Shown here: piece after piece, positions 29,014 to 41,800 of the stretch | Position numbering within the stretch: the stretch's first letter is position 1 | Layout: each line of letters starts with the position of its first letter | Assembly: GCF_009914755.1 (NCBI RefSeq) | Contig: NC_060933.1 | Strand: one strand, 5' to 3' | DNA: 64,000 nucleotides | Source of the DNA: the human T2T-CHM13v2.0 reference genome, Homo sapiens | Notes under the pieces: generated by a model | The model's input: the letters and a program-made list of their open reading frames with translations, nothing else | What the model was told of the DNA's origin: nothing | Database searches by the model: none | Program-made: the position numbers and the translations under genes

Positions 29014-32000
29014 GGAAAGGAATGGAATGGAATGGAATGGAATGGAATGGAATGGAATCAACGCGAGTGCAGGGGAATGGAATGGAATGGAATGCAAAGG
29101 AATGGAATCTTCCGGAATGGAATGGAATGGAATGGAATGGAATGGAATGGAATGGAATGGAATAAACCCGAATGCAATGGAATGGAGTGGAAAGGAATGG
29201 AATGGAATGGAACAGCCCGAATGGAATGGAATGTAATAGAGAGTAAGGGAGTTGAATAGAATCAATCCGAATGTAATGGAATGGAATGGAACGGAATGGA
29301 ATTGAATGGAATGGAATGGAATGCAATGGAATGGAATCAACCCGAGTGCAATGGAATGGAGAGGAATGGAATGGAATGGAATGGAAACTACCCGAATGGA
29401 ATGGAATGTAATGGAGTGTAAGGGAATTGAATAGAATCAATCCGAATGTAATGGAATGGAATGGAACGGAATGGAATGGAATGGAATGGAATGGAATGGA
29501 ATGCAATGGAATGGAATCAACCCGAGTGCAATCGAATGGAATCGAATGGAATGCAATGCAATGGAATGGATTCAACTTGAATGTAATGGAAAGAATGGAA
29601 TCAACACGAGTGGAATGGCATGGATTTGAATGGAATGGAATGGAATCAACCCGAGTACAGGGGAATGGAATGGAATGGAATGCAATGGAATGGAATCATC
29701 CGTAATGGAATGGAAAGGAATGGAATGGAATGGAATGGAATGGAATGGAACGGAACGGAACGGAATGGAATGGAATGGAATGGAATGGAATCAACGCGAG
29801 TGCAGGGGAATGGAATGGAATGGAATGCAATGGAATGGAATCTTCCGGAATGGAATGGAATGGAATGGAATGGAATGGAATGGAATGAAATGCAATGGAT
29901 TCAACTCGATTGCAATGGAATGGAATAGAATGGAATGGAATGGAATGGAATGGAATTAACCCGAATAGAATGGAAGGGAATGCAATGGAATGGAATGGAA
30001 CGGAATGGAATGGAATGGAATGGAATGGAATGGAATGGTATGGAATGGAATGGAATGGTACGGAATAGAATGGAATGGAACGAATAGTAATGGAATGGAA
30101 TTGAATGGAATGGAATGGAATCAACGCGAGTGCAGGGGAATGTAATGGAACGGAATGTAATGGAATGGAATCATCCGGAATGGAATGGAATGGAATGGAA
30201 TGGAATGGAATCAACCCGAGTGCAATGGAATGGAGTGGAATGGAATGCAATGGAATGGAACAACCCGAATGGAATGGAATGTAATGGAGAGTAAGGGAGT
30301 TGAATACAGTCAATCTGAATGTAATGGAATGCAACGGAATGGAATGGAAAGGAATGGAATGGAATGCAATGGAATGGAATCAACCCGAGTACAATGGAAT
30401 GGAATGGAATGGAATGGAATGGAATGGAATGGAATGGAATGCCTTCAAACCGAATGGAATGGAAAGGAATGGAATCAACAAGAGTGGAATGGAATGGAAT
30501 GGAATGGCATGGAATGGAATGGAATGATACGGAACAGAATGGAATGGAACGAAATGGAATGGAATGGAATGGAATGGAATGGAAAGGAATGGAATCGTTC
30601 CGAGTGGAATAGGAGGGAATGTATTCGAGTGGAATGGAAAGGAATGGAATCAACCAGAGTGGAATGGAAGGGAATGGAATGGAATGGAAACTAATAGAAT
30701 GGAATCAACCCGAGTGGAATGGAATGGAAAGGACTGGAATGGAATGGAATGGAATGGAATCAACTCGAATGTAATGGAATGGAATGGAATGGAATGGAAT
30801 GGAATGGAATGGAATTAACCCGAATACAATGGAATGGAATGGAATGGAACGGAATGGAGTGGAATGGAATGGAATCAACCCGAGTGCAGGGGAATGGAAT
30901 GGAATGGAAAGCAATGGAATGGAATAATCCAGAATGGAATGGAATGGAATGGAATGCAAAGAAATGGAATCAACTCCATTGCAATGGAATGGAATGGAAT
31001 GTAAAGGAATACATTGGAATCAACCCGAGTGGAATGGAATGGAAAGGACTGGAATGGAGTGGAAAGGAATGGAATGGAATGGAATGGAATCAACTCGATT
31101 GGAATGGAATGCAATGCAATGGAATGGAATGCAATTAACCCGAATAGAATGGAATGGAATGGAATGGAACGGAACGGAACGGAATGGAAAGGAATGGAAT
31201 GGAATGGAATCGAATGGAATGGAATGGAATCAACCCGACTGCAGGGGAATGGAATGGAATGGAATGCAATGGAATGGAATCATCCGGAATGGAATGGAAT
31301 GGAATGGAATGGAATGGAATGGAATGGAACGGAAAGGAATGGAATGGAATGGAATGGAATGGAATGGAATGGAATCAACGCGAGTGCACTGGAATGGAAT
31401 GGAATGGAATGCAATGGAATGGAATCATCCGCATTGGAATGGAATGGAATGGAATGAAATGGAATGGAATAGAGTGGAATGGAATCAACTCGATTGCAAT
31501 CGAATGGAATGGAATGGAATTAACCCGAATAGAATGGAATGGAATGGAATGGAACGGAACGGAATGGAATGGAATGGAATGGAATGGAATGGAACGGGAA
31601 GGAAGGGAATGGAATGGAATAGAATGGAATGGAATGGAATCAACGCGAGTGCAGGGGAATGGAATGGAATGGAATGCAATGGAATGGAATCTTCCGGAAT
31701 GGAATGGAATGGAATGGAATGGAATGGAATGGAATCAAACCGAGCACAATGGAATGGAGGGAAATGGAATGGAATGGAATGGAACAACCCGAATGGAATG
31801 GAATGTAATGGAGAGTAAGGGAGTTGAATAGAATCAATCCGAATGTAATGGAATGGAACGGAATGGAATGGAATGGAATGGAATGGAATGGAATGGAATG
31901 CAATGGAATGGAATCAACCCGAGTACAATGGAACGGAATAGAATGGAATGTAATGTAATCGAATGGAATGGAATGGAATGGAATGGAATCAACCCGAGTG

Positions 32001-35000
32001 CAATGGAATGGAGAGGAATGGAATGGAAACTACCCGAATGGAATGGAACGTAATGGAGTGTAAGGGAATTGAATAGAATCAATCCGAATGGAATGGAATG
32101 GAATGGAACGGAATGTAATGTAATGGAATGGAATGGAATCAACCCGAGTGCAGGGGAATGGAATGGAATGGAATGCAATGGAATGGAATCATCCGGAATG
32201 GAATGGAATGGAATGCAATGGAATGGAATGGAATGGAATCAACCCGAGTGCAATGGAATGGAGTGAAATGGAACGGAATGGAATGGAGACAACCAGAATG
32301 GATTGGAATATAATGGAGTGTAAGGGAATTGAATAGAATCAATCTGAATGTAATGAAATGGAATGGAACGGAATGGAATGGAATGGAATGGAATGGAATG
32401 GAATGGAATGCAATGGAATGGAATCAACCCGAGTTCAATCGAATGGAATCGAATGGAATGCAACGCAATGGAATGGATTCAACTTGAATGGAATGGAAAC
32501 AATGGAATCAACACGAGTGGAATGGCATGGATTGGAATGGAATGGAATGGAATCAACCCGAGTATAGGGGAATGGAATGGAATGGAATGCAATGGAATGG
32601 AATCATCCGTAATGGAATGGAAAGGAATGGAATGGAATGGAATGGAATGGAATGGAATGGAATGGAATGGAATGGAATCGTTCCGAGTGGAATAGGAGGG
32701 AATGTATTCGAGTGGAATGGAAAAGAGTGGAATCAACCAGAGTGGAATGGAAGGGAATGGAATGGAATGGAAACTAATAGAATGGAATCAACCCGAGAGG
32801 AATGGAACGGAAAGGACTGGAATGGAATGGAATGGAATGGAATCAACTCGATTGTAATGGAATGGAATGGAATGGAATGGAATGGAATGGAATCAACTCG
32901 ATTGCAATCGAATGGAATGGAATGTAATTAACCCGAATAGAATGGAATGGAATGGAATGGAACGGAACGGAATGGAATGGAATGGAATGGAATGGAATGG
33001 AACGGAAAGGGAGGGAATGGAATGGAATAGAATGGAATGGAATGGAATCAACGCGAGTGCAGGGGAATGGAATGCAATGGAATGGAATCTTCCGGAATGG
33101 AATGGAATGGAATGGAATGGAATGGAATGGAATCAACCCGAGTGCAATGGAATGGAGTGGAATGGAATGGAATGGAATGGAACAACCCGAATGGAATGGA
33201 ATCGAATGGAGAGTAAGGGAGTTTAATAGAATCAATCCGAATGTAATGGAATGGAATGGAACGGAATGGAATTGAATGGAATGGAATGGAATACAATGGA
33301 ATGGAAATAACCCGAGTGCAATGGAATGGAGAGGAATGGAATGGAATGGAATGGAAACTACCCGAATGGAATGGAATGTAATGGAGTGTAAGGGAATTGA
33401 ATAGAATCAATCCGAATGTAATGGAATGGAATGGAACGGAATGGAATGGAATGCAATGGAATGGAATGGAATGCAATGGAATGCAATCAACCCAAGTGTA
33501 ATCGAATGGAATCTAATGGAATGGAATGCAATGGAATGGATTCAACTTGAATGGAATGGAAAGAATGGAATCAACACGAGTGGAATGGCATGGATTGAAA
33601 TGGAATGGAATGGAATCAACCCGAGTACAGGGGAATGGAATGGAATGGAATGCAATGGAATGGAATCATCCGGAATGGAATGGAATGGAATGGAATGCAA
33701 TGCAATGGAATCAACTCGTTTGCAATGGAATGGATTGAAATGGAAAGGAATAGAATGGAATCAACCCGAGTGGAATGGAATGGAAAGGACTGGAATGGAG
33801 AGGAATGGAATGGAATGGAATGGAATGGAATCAACTCGATTGGAATGGTATGGAATGGAATGGAATGGAATTAACCCGAATAGAATGGAATGGAATGGAA
33901 TGGAACGAAAAAGGAATGGAATGGAATGGAATGCAATGGAACGGAAAGGAATGGAATGGAATGGAATGGAATGGCATGGAATGGAATCAACGCGAGTGCA
34001 GGGCAATGGAATGGAATCGAATGGAATGGAATGGAATGGAATGGAATCAACCCGAATGCAGGGCAATGTAATGGAACTGAATGCAATGGAATGGAATCAT
34101 CCTGAATGGAATGGAATGGAATGGAATGGAATCAACCTGAGTGCAATGGAATGGAGTGGAATGGAATGGAATGGAATGGAACAACTCGAATGGAATGTAA
34201 TGTAATGGAGAGTAAGGGAGTTGAAAAGAATCAATCCGAATGTAATGGAATGGAATGGAACGGAATGCAATGGAATGGAATGGAATGGGATGGAATGCAA
34301 TGGAATGGAGTAAATCCGAGTGCAATCGAATGGAATCGAATGGAATGGAATGCAATGGAATGGATTCAACTTGAATGGAATGGAAAGAATGGAATCAACA
34401 CGAGTGGAATGGCATGGATTGGAAAGGAAAGGAATGGAATCAACACGAGTACGGGGGAATGGAATGGAATGGAATGCAATGGAATGGAATCATCCGGAAT
34501 GGAATGGAATGGAATGGAATGGAATGGAATGGAATGGTATGGAATGGAATGCAATGGAATGGAATCAACGCGAGTGCAGGGGAATGGAATGGAATGCAAT
34601 GCAATGGAATGGAATCTTCCGGAATGGAATGGAATTGAATGGAATGGAATGGAATGGAATGGAATGGAATGCAATGGAATGGAATCAACCCGAGTACAAT
34701 GGAATGGAATGGAATGGAATGGAATGGAATGGAATGGAATGGAATGGAATGGAATGGAATTGAATGGAATGGAATGCCTTCAAACTGAATGGAATGGAAA
34801 GGAATGTAATCAACACGAGTGGAATGGAATGGAATGGAATGGAATGGAATGGTACGGAATAGAATGGAATGGAACGAAATGGAATGGAATGGAATGGAAT
34901 GGAATGGAATGGAATGGAATGGAATGGAATGGAATGGAATGGAATCGTTCCGAGTGGAATAGGAGGGAATATTTTCGAGTGAAATGGAAAGGAATGGAAT

Positions 35001-35242
35001 CAACCAGAGTGGAATGGAAGGGAATGGAATGGAATGGAAACTAATAGAATGGAATCGACCCGAGTGGAATGGAATGGAAAGGACTGGAATGGAATGGAAT
35101 GGAATGGAATGGAATGGAATGGAATGGAATGGAATCAACTCCATTGTAATGGAATGGAATGGAATGGAAAGGAATGGAATGGAATGCAATGGAATTAACC
35201 CGAATAAAATGAAAAGGAATGGAATGGAACGGAATGCAAAGC

Positions 35243-35270
35243 AATGGAATCAACTCGGGTTGATTCCATT
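35243..35270. other. Strand-switch (inversion) breakpoint within the satellite array
   Basis: AATGGAATCAAC-TCGG-GTTGATTCCATT: 12-bp perfect inverted repeat (35243-35254 / 35259-35270) with a 4-nt spacer. ACTCG (35253-35257) is shared by the left motif CAACTCG(ATT) and the right motif (CC)ACTCGGGTTG. Confidence 0.95.
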
Positions 35271-38200
35271 CCCTTCTTTCCATTCCATTCCATTCCATTC
35301 CATTCCTTTCCATTCCATTCCATTGCCTTGCATTCCACTCGGGTTGATTCCATTCCCTTCTTTCCACTTCATTACATTCCCTTCCATTCCACTCGGAATG
35401 ATTGATTCCATTCCATTCCATTCCATTTCATTCCATTGCAATCCATTCCAATCCATTCCATTCCACTGCATTCCACTCGAGTTGACTTCATTCCATTCCT
35501 TTCCATTCCATTTCATTCCTTTCCACTCGAGTTGATTCCATTCCATTCCAATCCATTGCATTCCATTCCATGCCATTCCACTCGGGTTGATTCCATGCCT
35601 TTGCATTCCATTCCATTCCATTCCATTGCATTCCATTCCATTCCATTCCGTTGCATTCCATTAAATTACATTCGGATTGATTCTATTCAACTCCCTTACT
35701 CTCCATTACATTCCATTCCATTCGGGTTGTTCCATTCCATTCCATTCCATTCCACTCCATTCCATTGCACTCGGGTTGATTCCATTCCATTCCATTCCAT
35801 TCCATTCCATTCCATTCCGGATGATTCCATTCCATTGCATTCCGTTCCATTACATTCCCCTGCACTCGCGTTGATTCCATTCCATTCCATTCCATTCCAT
35901 TCAATTCCATTCCATTACAATTCGTTCCATTCCATTCTATTCCGTACCACTCCATTCCATTCCATACCATTCCATTCCATTCCATTCCATTCCATTCCAT
36001 TCCATTCCGTTCCATTCCGTTCCATTCCGTTCCATTCCATTCTATTCCATTCTATTCGGGTTAATTCCTTTCCATTCCATTCCATCCCATTCTATTACAT
36101 TCCATTGCAATCAAGTTGAATCCATTGCATTTCATTCCATTCCATTCCATTCCATTCCATTCCGGAAGATTGCATTCCATTGCATTCCATTCCATTCCAT
36201 TCGCCTGCACTCGCGTTGATTCCATTCCATTCCATTCCATTCCATTCCATTCCATTCCGTTCCGTTCCGTTCCATTCCATTCCATTCCATTCCATTCCAT
36301 TCCATTCTATTCGGGTTAATTCCATTCCATTCCATTCGATTGCAATCGTGTTGATTCCATTCCATTCCATTCCATTCCAATCCATTCCTTTCCATTCCAT
36401 TACGGATGATTCCATTCCATTGCATTCCATTCCATTCCATTCCCCTGTACTCGGGTTGATTCCATTCCATTGCATTCCAATCCATGCCCTTCCACTCGTG
36501 TTGATTCCATTCTTTCCATTCCATTTAAGTTGAATCCATTCCATTGCATTCCATTCCATTCGATGCCATTCGATTGCACTCGGGTTGATTCCATTCCATT
36601 GCATTCCATTCCGTTCCATTCCATTCCATTCCATTCCGTTCCGTTCCATTCCATTCCATTACATTCGGATTGATTCTATTCAATTCCCTTACACTCCATT
36701 ACATTCCATTCCATTCGGGTAGTTTCCATTCCATTCCATTCCATTCCTCTCCATTCCATTGCACTCGGGTTGATTCCATTCCATTGCATTCCATTCCATT
36801 CCATTCAATTCCATTCCGTTCCATTCCATTCCATTACATTCGGATTGATTCTATTCAACTCCCTTACTCTCCATTACATTCCTTTCCGTTCGGGTTGTTC
36901 CATTCCATTCCATTCCATTCCACTCCATTCCATTGCACTCGGGTTTATTCCATTCCATTCCATTCCATTCCATTCCATTCCATTCCATTCCGGAAGATTC
37001 CATTCCATTGCATTCCATTCCATTCCATTCCCCTGCACTCGCGTTGATTCCTTTCCATTCCATTCTATTCCATTCCATTCCATTCCATTCCATTCCATTC
37101 TTTCCGTTCCATTCCATTCCATTCCATTCCATTCCATTCCGTTCCGTTCCGTTCCATTCCATTCCATTCCATTCCATTATATTCGGGTTAATTCCATTCC
37201 ATTCCATTCGATTGCAATCGAGATGATTCCATTCCATTCCATTCCATTCCATTCCATTCCATTCCATTCCATTCCATTCCATTCCATTCCATTGCACACG
37301 GGTTCATTCCATTCCATTCCATTCCATTCCATTCCATTTCATTCCATTCCATTCTATTCCGTATCATTCCATTCCATCCCATTCCATTCCGTTCCATTCC
37401 ATGCCATTACACTCGGGTTGATTCCATTCCTTTCCATTCCATTCTTGTTGAATCCATTCCATTCCATTCCATTCCATTCGAATCCATTCCATTGCACTTG
37501 GGTTGATTCCATTCCATTCCATTCCATTCCATTTCATTCCATTCCATTCCATTACATTCGGATTGATTCTATTCAATTCCCTTACACTCCATTACATTCC
37601 ATTCCATTCGGGATGTTTCCATTCCATTCCATTCCATTCCACTCCATTCCATTGCATCAGGTTGATTGCATTCCATTCCATTCCATTCCATTCCGGATGA
37701 TTCCATTCCATTGCATTCCATTCCATTCCATTCCCCTGCACTCGGGTTTATTCCATTCCATTCCATTCCATTCCATTCCATTCCATTCCATTCCATTCCA
37801 TTCCATTCCTTTCCATTCCATTCCATTCCATTCTATTCCGGTTAATTCCATTCCATTCCTTTCCATTCCATTCCATTCCATTCCATTCCATTGCAATCGA
37901 GTTGATTCCATTCCATTCCATTCCATTCCGTTCCGGATGATTCCATTCCATTCCATTCCATTCCATTCCATTCCATTCCGTTCCATTCCATTCCATTCCA
38001 TTCTATTCGGGTTAATTCCATTCCATTCCATTCCATTCCATTCCATTCCATTCCAATGGAGTTGATTCCATTCCATTCCATTCCATTCCATTCCACTCCA
38101 TTCCACTCCTTTCCATTCCATTACACTCGGGTTGATTCCATTCTATTACTTTCCATTCCATTCCATTCCATTGCAATCGAGTTGATTCCATTGCTTTGCA

Positions 38201-38859
38201 TTCCATTCCATTCCATTCCATTCCGGACGATTACATTCGATTGCATTCCATTCCATTCCATTCCCCTGCACTCGGGTTGATTCCATTCCATTCCACTCCA
38301 TTCCGTTCCATTCCATTCCATTCCATTGTATTCGGGTTAATTCCATTCCATTCCATTCCATTCCATTCCATTCCATTACAATCGAGTTGATTCCTTTCCA
38401 TTCAATTCCATTCCATTCCATTCCATTCCAGTCCTTTCCATTCCATTCCACTCGGGTTGATTCCATTCTATTAGTTTCCATTCCATTCCATTCCCTTCCA
38501 TTCCACTCTGGTTGATTCCATTTCTTTCCATTCCACTCGAATACATTCCCTCCTATTCCACTCGGAACGATTCCATTCCATTCTATTCCATTCCATTCCA
38601 TTCCATTCCATTCCATTCCATTCCATTCCAGTTCGTTCCATTCCATTCTATTCCGTACCATTCCATTCCATTCCATTCCTTTCCATTCCATTCCTTTCCA
38701 CTCGTGTTGATTCCATTCCTTTCCATTCCATTCGGTTTGAAGGCATTCCATTCCATTCAATTCCATTCAATTCCATTCAATTACATTCCATTCTATTCCA
38801 TTCCATTGCAATCGAGTTGAATCCATTGCCTTTCATTCCATTCCATTCCATTCCATTCC

Positions 38860-38874
38860 ATTCCGGAAGATTCC
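38860..38874 (-). promoter_or_regulatory. Perfect three-unit heat-shock element consensus, representative inverted-arm copy
   Basis: aTTCc-gGAAg-aTTCc. Other copies at 46691, 54241 (ATTCCGGAAGCTTCC), 59531 (ATTCCGGAATATTCC), 63682 and elsewhere. Confidence 0.55.
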
Positions 38875-41800
38875 ATTCCATTCCATTCCATTCCATTCCA
38901 TTCCCCTGAACTCGCGTTGATTCCATTCCATTCCATTCCATTCCATTCCATTCCGTTCCGTTCCATTCCATTCCATTCCATTCCATTCCATTCCGTTACG
39001 TTCCATTCCATCCCATTCCATTCTATTCGGGTTAATTCCATTCCATTCCATTCGATTGCCATCGAGTTGATTCCATTCCATTCCATTCCATTCCATTCCA
39101 TTCCATTCCTTTCCATTCCATTACGGATGACTCCATTCCATTGCTTTCCATTCCATTCCATTCCCCTGTACTCGGGTTGATTCCATTCCATTCCATTCCA
39201 CTCCATTCTGTTCCGTTGCATTCCATTCTTTTGCATTCCATTCTATTCGGGTTAATTCCATTCCATTCTATTCCATTCCATTCCATTCCATTGCAATGGA
39301 GTTGATTCCATTCCATTCCATTCCATTCCGGATGATTCCATTCCATTGCATTCCATTCCATTCCATTCCCCTGCACTCGTGTTGATTCCATTCCCTTCCA
39401 TTCCATTCCATTCCGTTCCATTCCATTCCATTCCATTCTATTCCGGTTAATTCCATTCCATTCCATTCCATTCCATTCCATTCCATTCCATTGCAATCGA
39501 GTTGATTCCATTCCATTCCTTTCCATTCCATTCCATTGCCTTGCATTCCACTCGTGTTGATTCCATTCCCTTCTTTCCACTCCATTACATTCCCTTCCAT
39601 GATTGATTCCATTCTATTCCATTCCAATTCATTCCATTGCAATCCATTCCAATACATTCCATTGCATTCCATTCCACTCGAGTTGACTTCAGTCCATTCC
39701 TTTCCATTCTTTTCCATTCCTTTCCACTCGAGTTGATTCCATTCCTTTGCATTCCATTCCATTCCATTCCATTCCATTCCATTCCATTCCATTCCATTCC
39801 TTTGCATTCCATTCCATTACATTCGGATTGATTCTATTCAACTCCCTTACTCTCCATTACATTCCATTCCATTCGGGTTGTTCCATTCCATTCCATTCCA
39901 TTCCACTCCATTCCATTGCACTCGGGTTGATTCCATTCCATTCCATTCCATTCCATTCCATTCTATTCCGGATGATTCCATTCCATTGCATTCCGTTCCA
40001 TTACATTCCCCTGCACTCGCGTTGATTCCATTCCATTCCATTCCTTTCCATTCAATTCCATTCCATTACAATTCGTTCCATTCCATTCTATTCCGTACCA
40101 TTCCATTCCATTCCATACCATTCCATTCCATTCCATTCCATTCCATTCCATTCCGTTCCATTCCGTTCCATTCCATTCCATTCCATTCTATTCGGGTTAA
40201 TCCCATTCCATTCCATTCTATTCCATTCCATTGCAATCGAGTTGAATCCACTGCATTTCATTCCATTCCATTCCATTCCATTCCGGAAGATTCCATTCCA
40301 ATGCATTCCATTCCATGCCATTCCCCTGCACTCGCGTTGATTCAACTCGGGTTGATTTCATTCCATTGCATTCCATTCCATTCCATTCCATTCCATTCCA
40401 TTCCATTCCGTTCCATTCCATTCCATTACATTCGGATTGATTCTATTCAATTCCCTTACACTCCATTACATTCCATTCAATTCTGGTAGTTTCCATTCCA
40501 TTCCATTCCATTCCTCTCCATTCCATTGCACTCGGGTTGATTCCATTCCATTGCATTCCATTCCATTCCATTCCATTCCACTCCGTTCCATTCCATTCCA
40601 TTACATTCGGATTGACTCTATTCAACTCCCTTACTCTCCATTACATTCCATTCCATTCGGCTTGTTCCATTCCATTCCATTCCATTCCATTCCACTCCAT
40701 TCCATTGCACTCGGATTTATTCCATTCCATTCCATTCCATTCCATTCCATTCCGGATGATTCCTTTCCATTGCATTCCATTCCATTCCATTCCCCTGCAC
40801 CCGCGTTGATTCCATTCCATTCCATTCCATTCCATTCCATTCCATTCCATTCCATTCCTTTCCGTTCCATTACAATCGAGTTGATTCCTTTCCATTCAAT
40901 TCCATTCCATTCCATTCCATTCCAGTCCTTTCCATTCCATTCCACTCGGGTTGATTCCATTCTATTAGTTTCCATTCCATTCCATTCCCTTCCATTCCAC
41001 TCTGGTTGATTCCATTTCTTTCCATTCCACTCGAATACATTCCCTCCTATTCCACTCGGAACGATTCCATTCCATTCTATTCCATTCCATTCCATTCCAT
41101 TCCATTCCATTCCATTCCAGTTCGTTCCATTCCATTCTATTCCGTACCATTCCATTCCATTCCATTCCTTTCCATTCCATTCCTTTCCACTCGTGTTGAT
41201 TCCATTCCTTTCCATTCCATTCGGTTTGAAGGCATTCCATTCCATTCAATTCCATTCAATTCCATTCAATTACATTCCATTCTATTCCATTCCATTGCAA
41301 TCGAGTTGAATCCATTGCCTTTCATTCCATTCCATTCCATTCCATTCCATTCCGGAAGATTCCATTCCATTACATTCCATTCCATTCCATTCCCCTGCAC
41401 TCGCGTTGATTCCATTCCATTCCATTCCATTCCATTCCGTTCCGTTCCATTCCATTCCATTCCATTCCATTCCATTCCGTTCCGTTCCATTCCATCCCAT
41501 TCCATTCTATTCGGGTTAATTCCATTCCATTCCATTCGATTGCCATCGAGTTGATTCCATTCCATTCCATTCCATTCCATTCCATTCCATTCCTTTCCAT
41601 TCCATTACGGATGACTCCATTCCATTGCTTTCCATTCCATTCCATTCCCCTGTACTCGGGTTGATTCCATTCCATTCCATTCCACTCCATTCGGTTCCGT
41701 TGCATTCCATTCTATTGCATTCCATTCTATTCGGGTTAATTCCATTCCATTCTATTCCATTCCATTCCATTCCATTGCAATGGAGTTGATTCCATTCCAT

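Larger units (their letters stand above)
1..35257 (+). repeat. Satellite 3 (HSat3/SatIII) array, G-rich (GGAAT)n strand on +
   Basis: Continuous GGAAT pentamers with variants (GCAAT, GGAAC, AGAAT, GTAAT, GGAAA), interrupted by CAACCCGAGT, CAACTCGATT, TAACCCGAAT and CAACGCGAGT decamers. ATTCC pentamers interspersed with an A(T/C)TCGGGTTG-type decamer is the classical definition of Sat3; the dense CATTCGATTC pattern of HSat2 is absent. Confidence 0.97.

Noticed and set aside
35041-35535. Chimeric ORFs crossing the junction (MEWNG to FHSIP)
   Set aside because: They simply reflect the strand switch; there is no evidence of coding function.
34000-36500. Perfect fold-back palindrome or chimeric-read artefact at the strand switch
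   Set aside because: Exact symmetry is only 12 bp. The left flank carries the GGAGGG/GGAAACTAATAG module and the right flank a different one (CCCTTCTTTCC/GCCTTGC), so the arms are not mirror copies. Read support is still worth checking.
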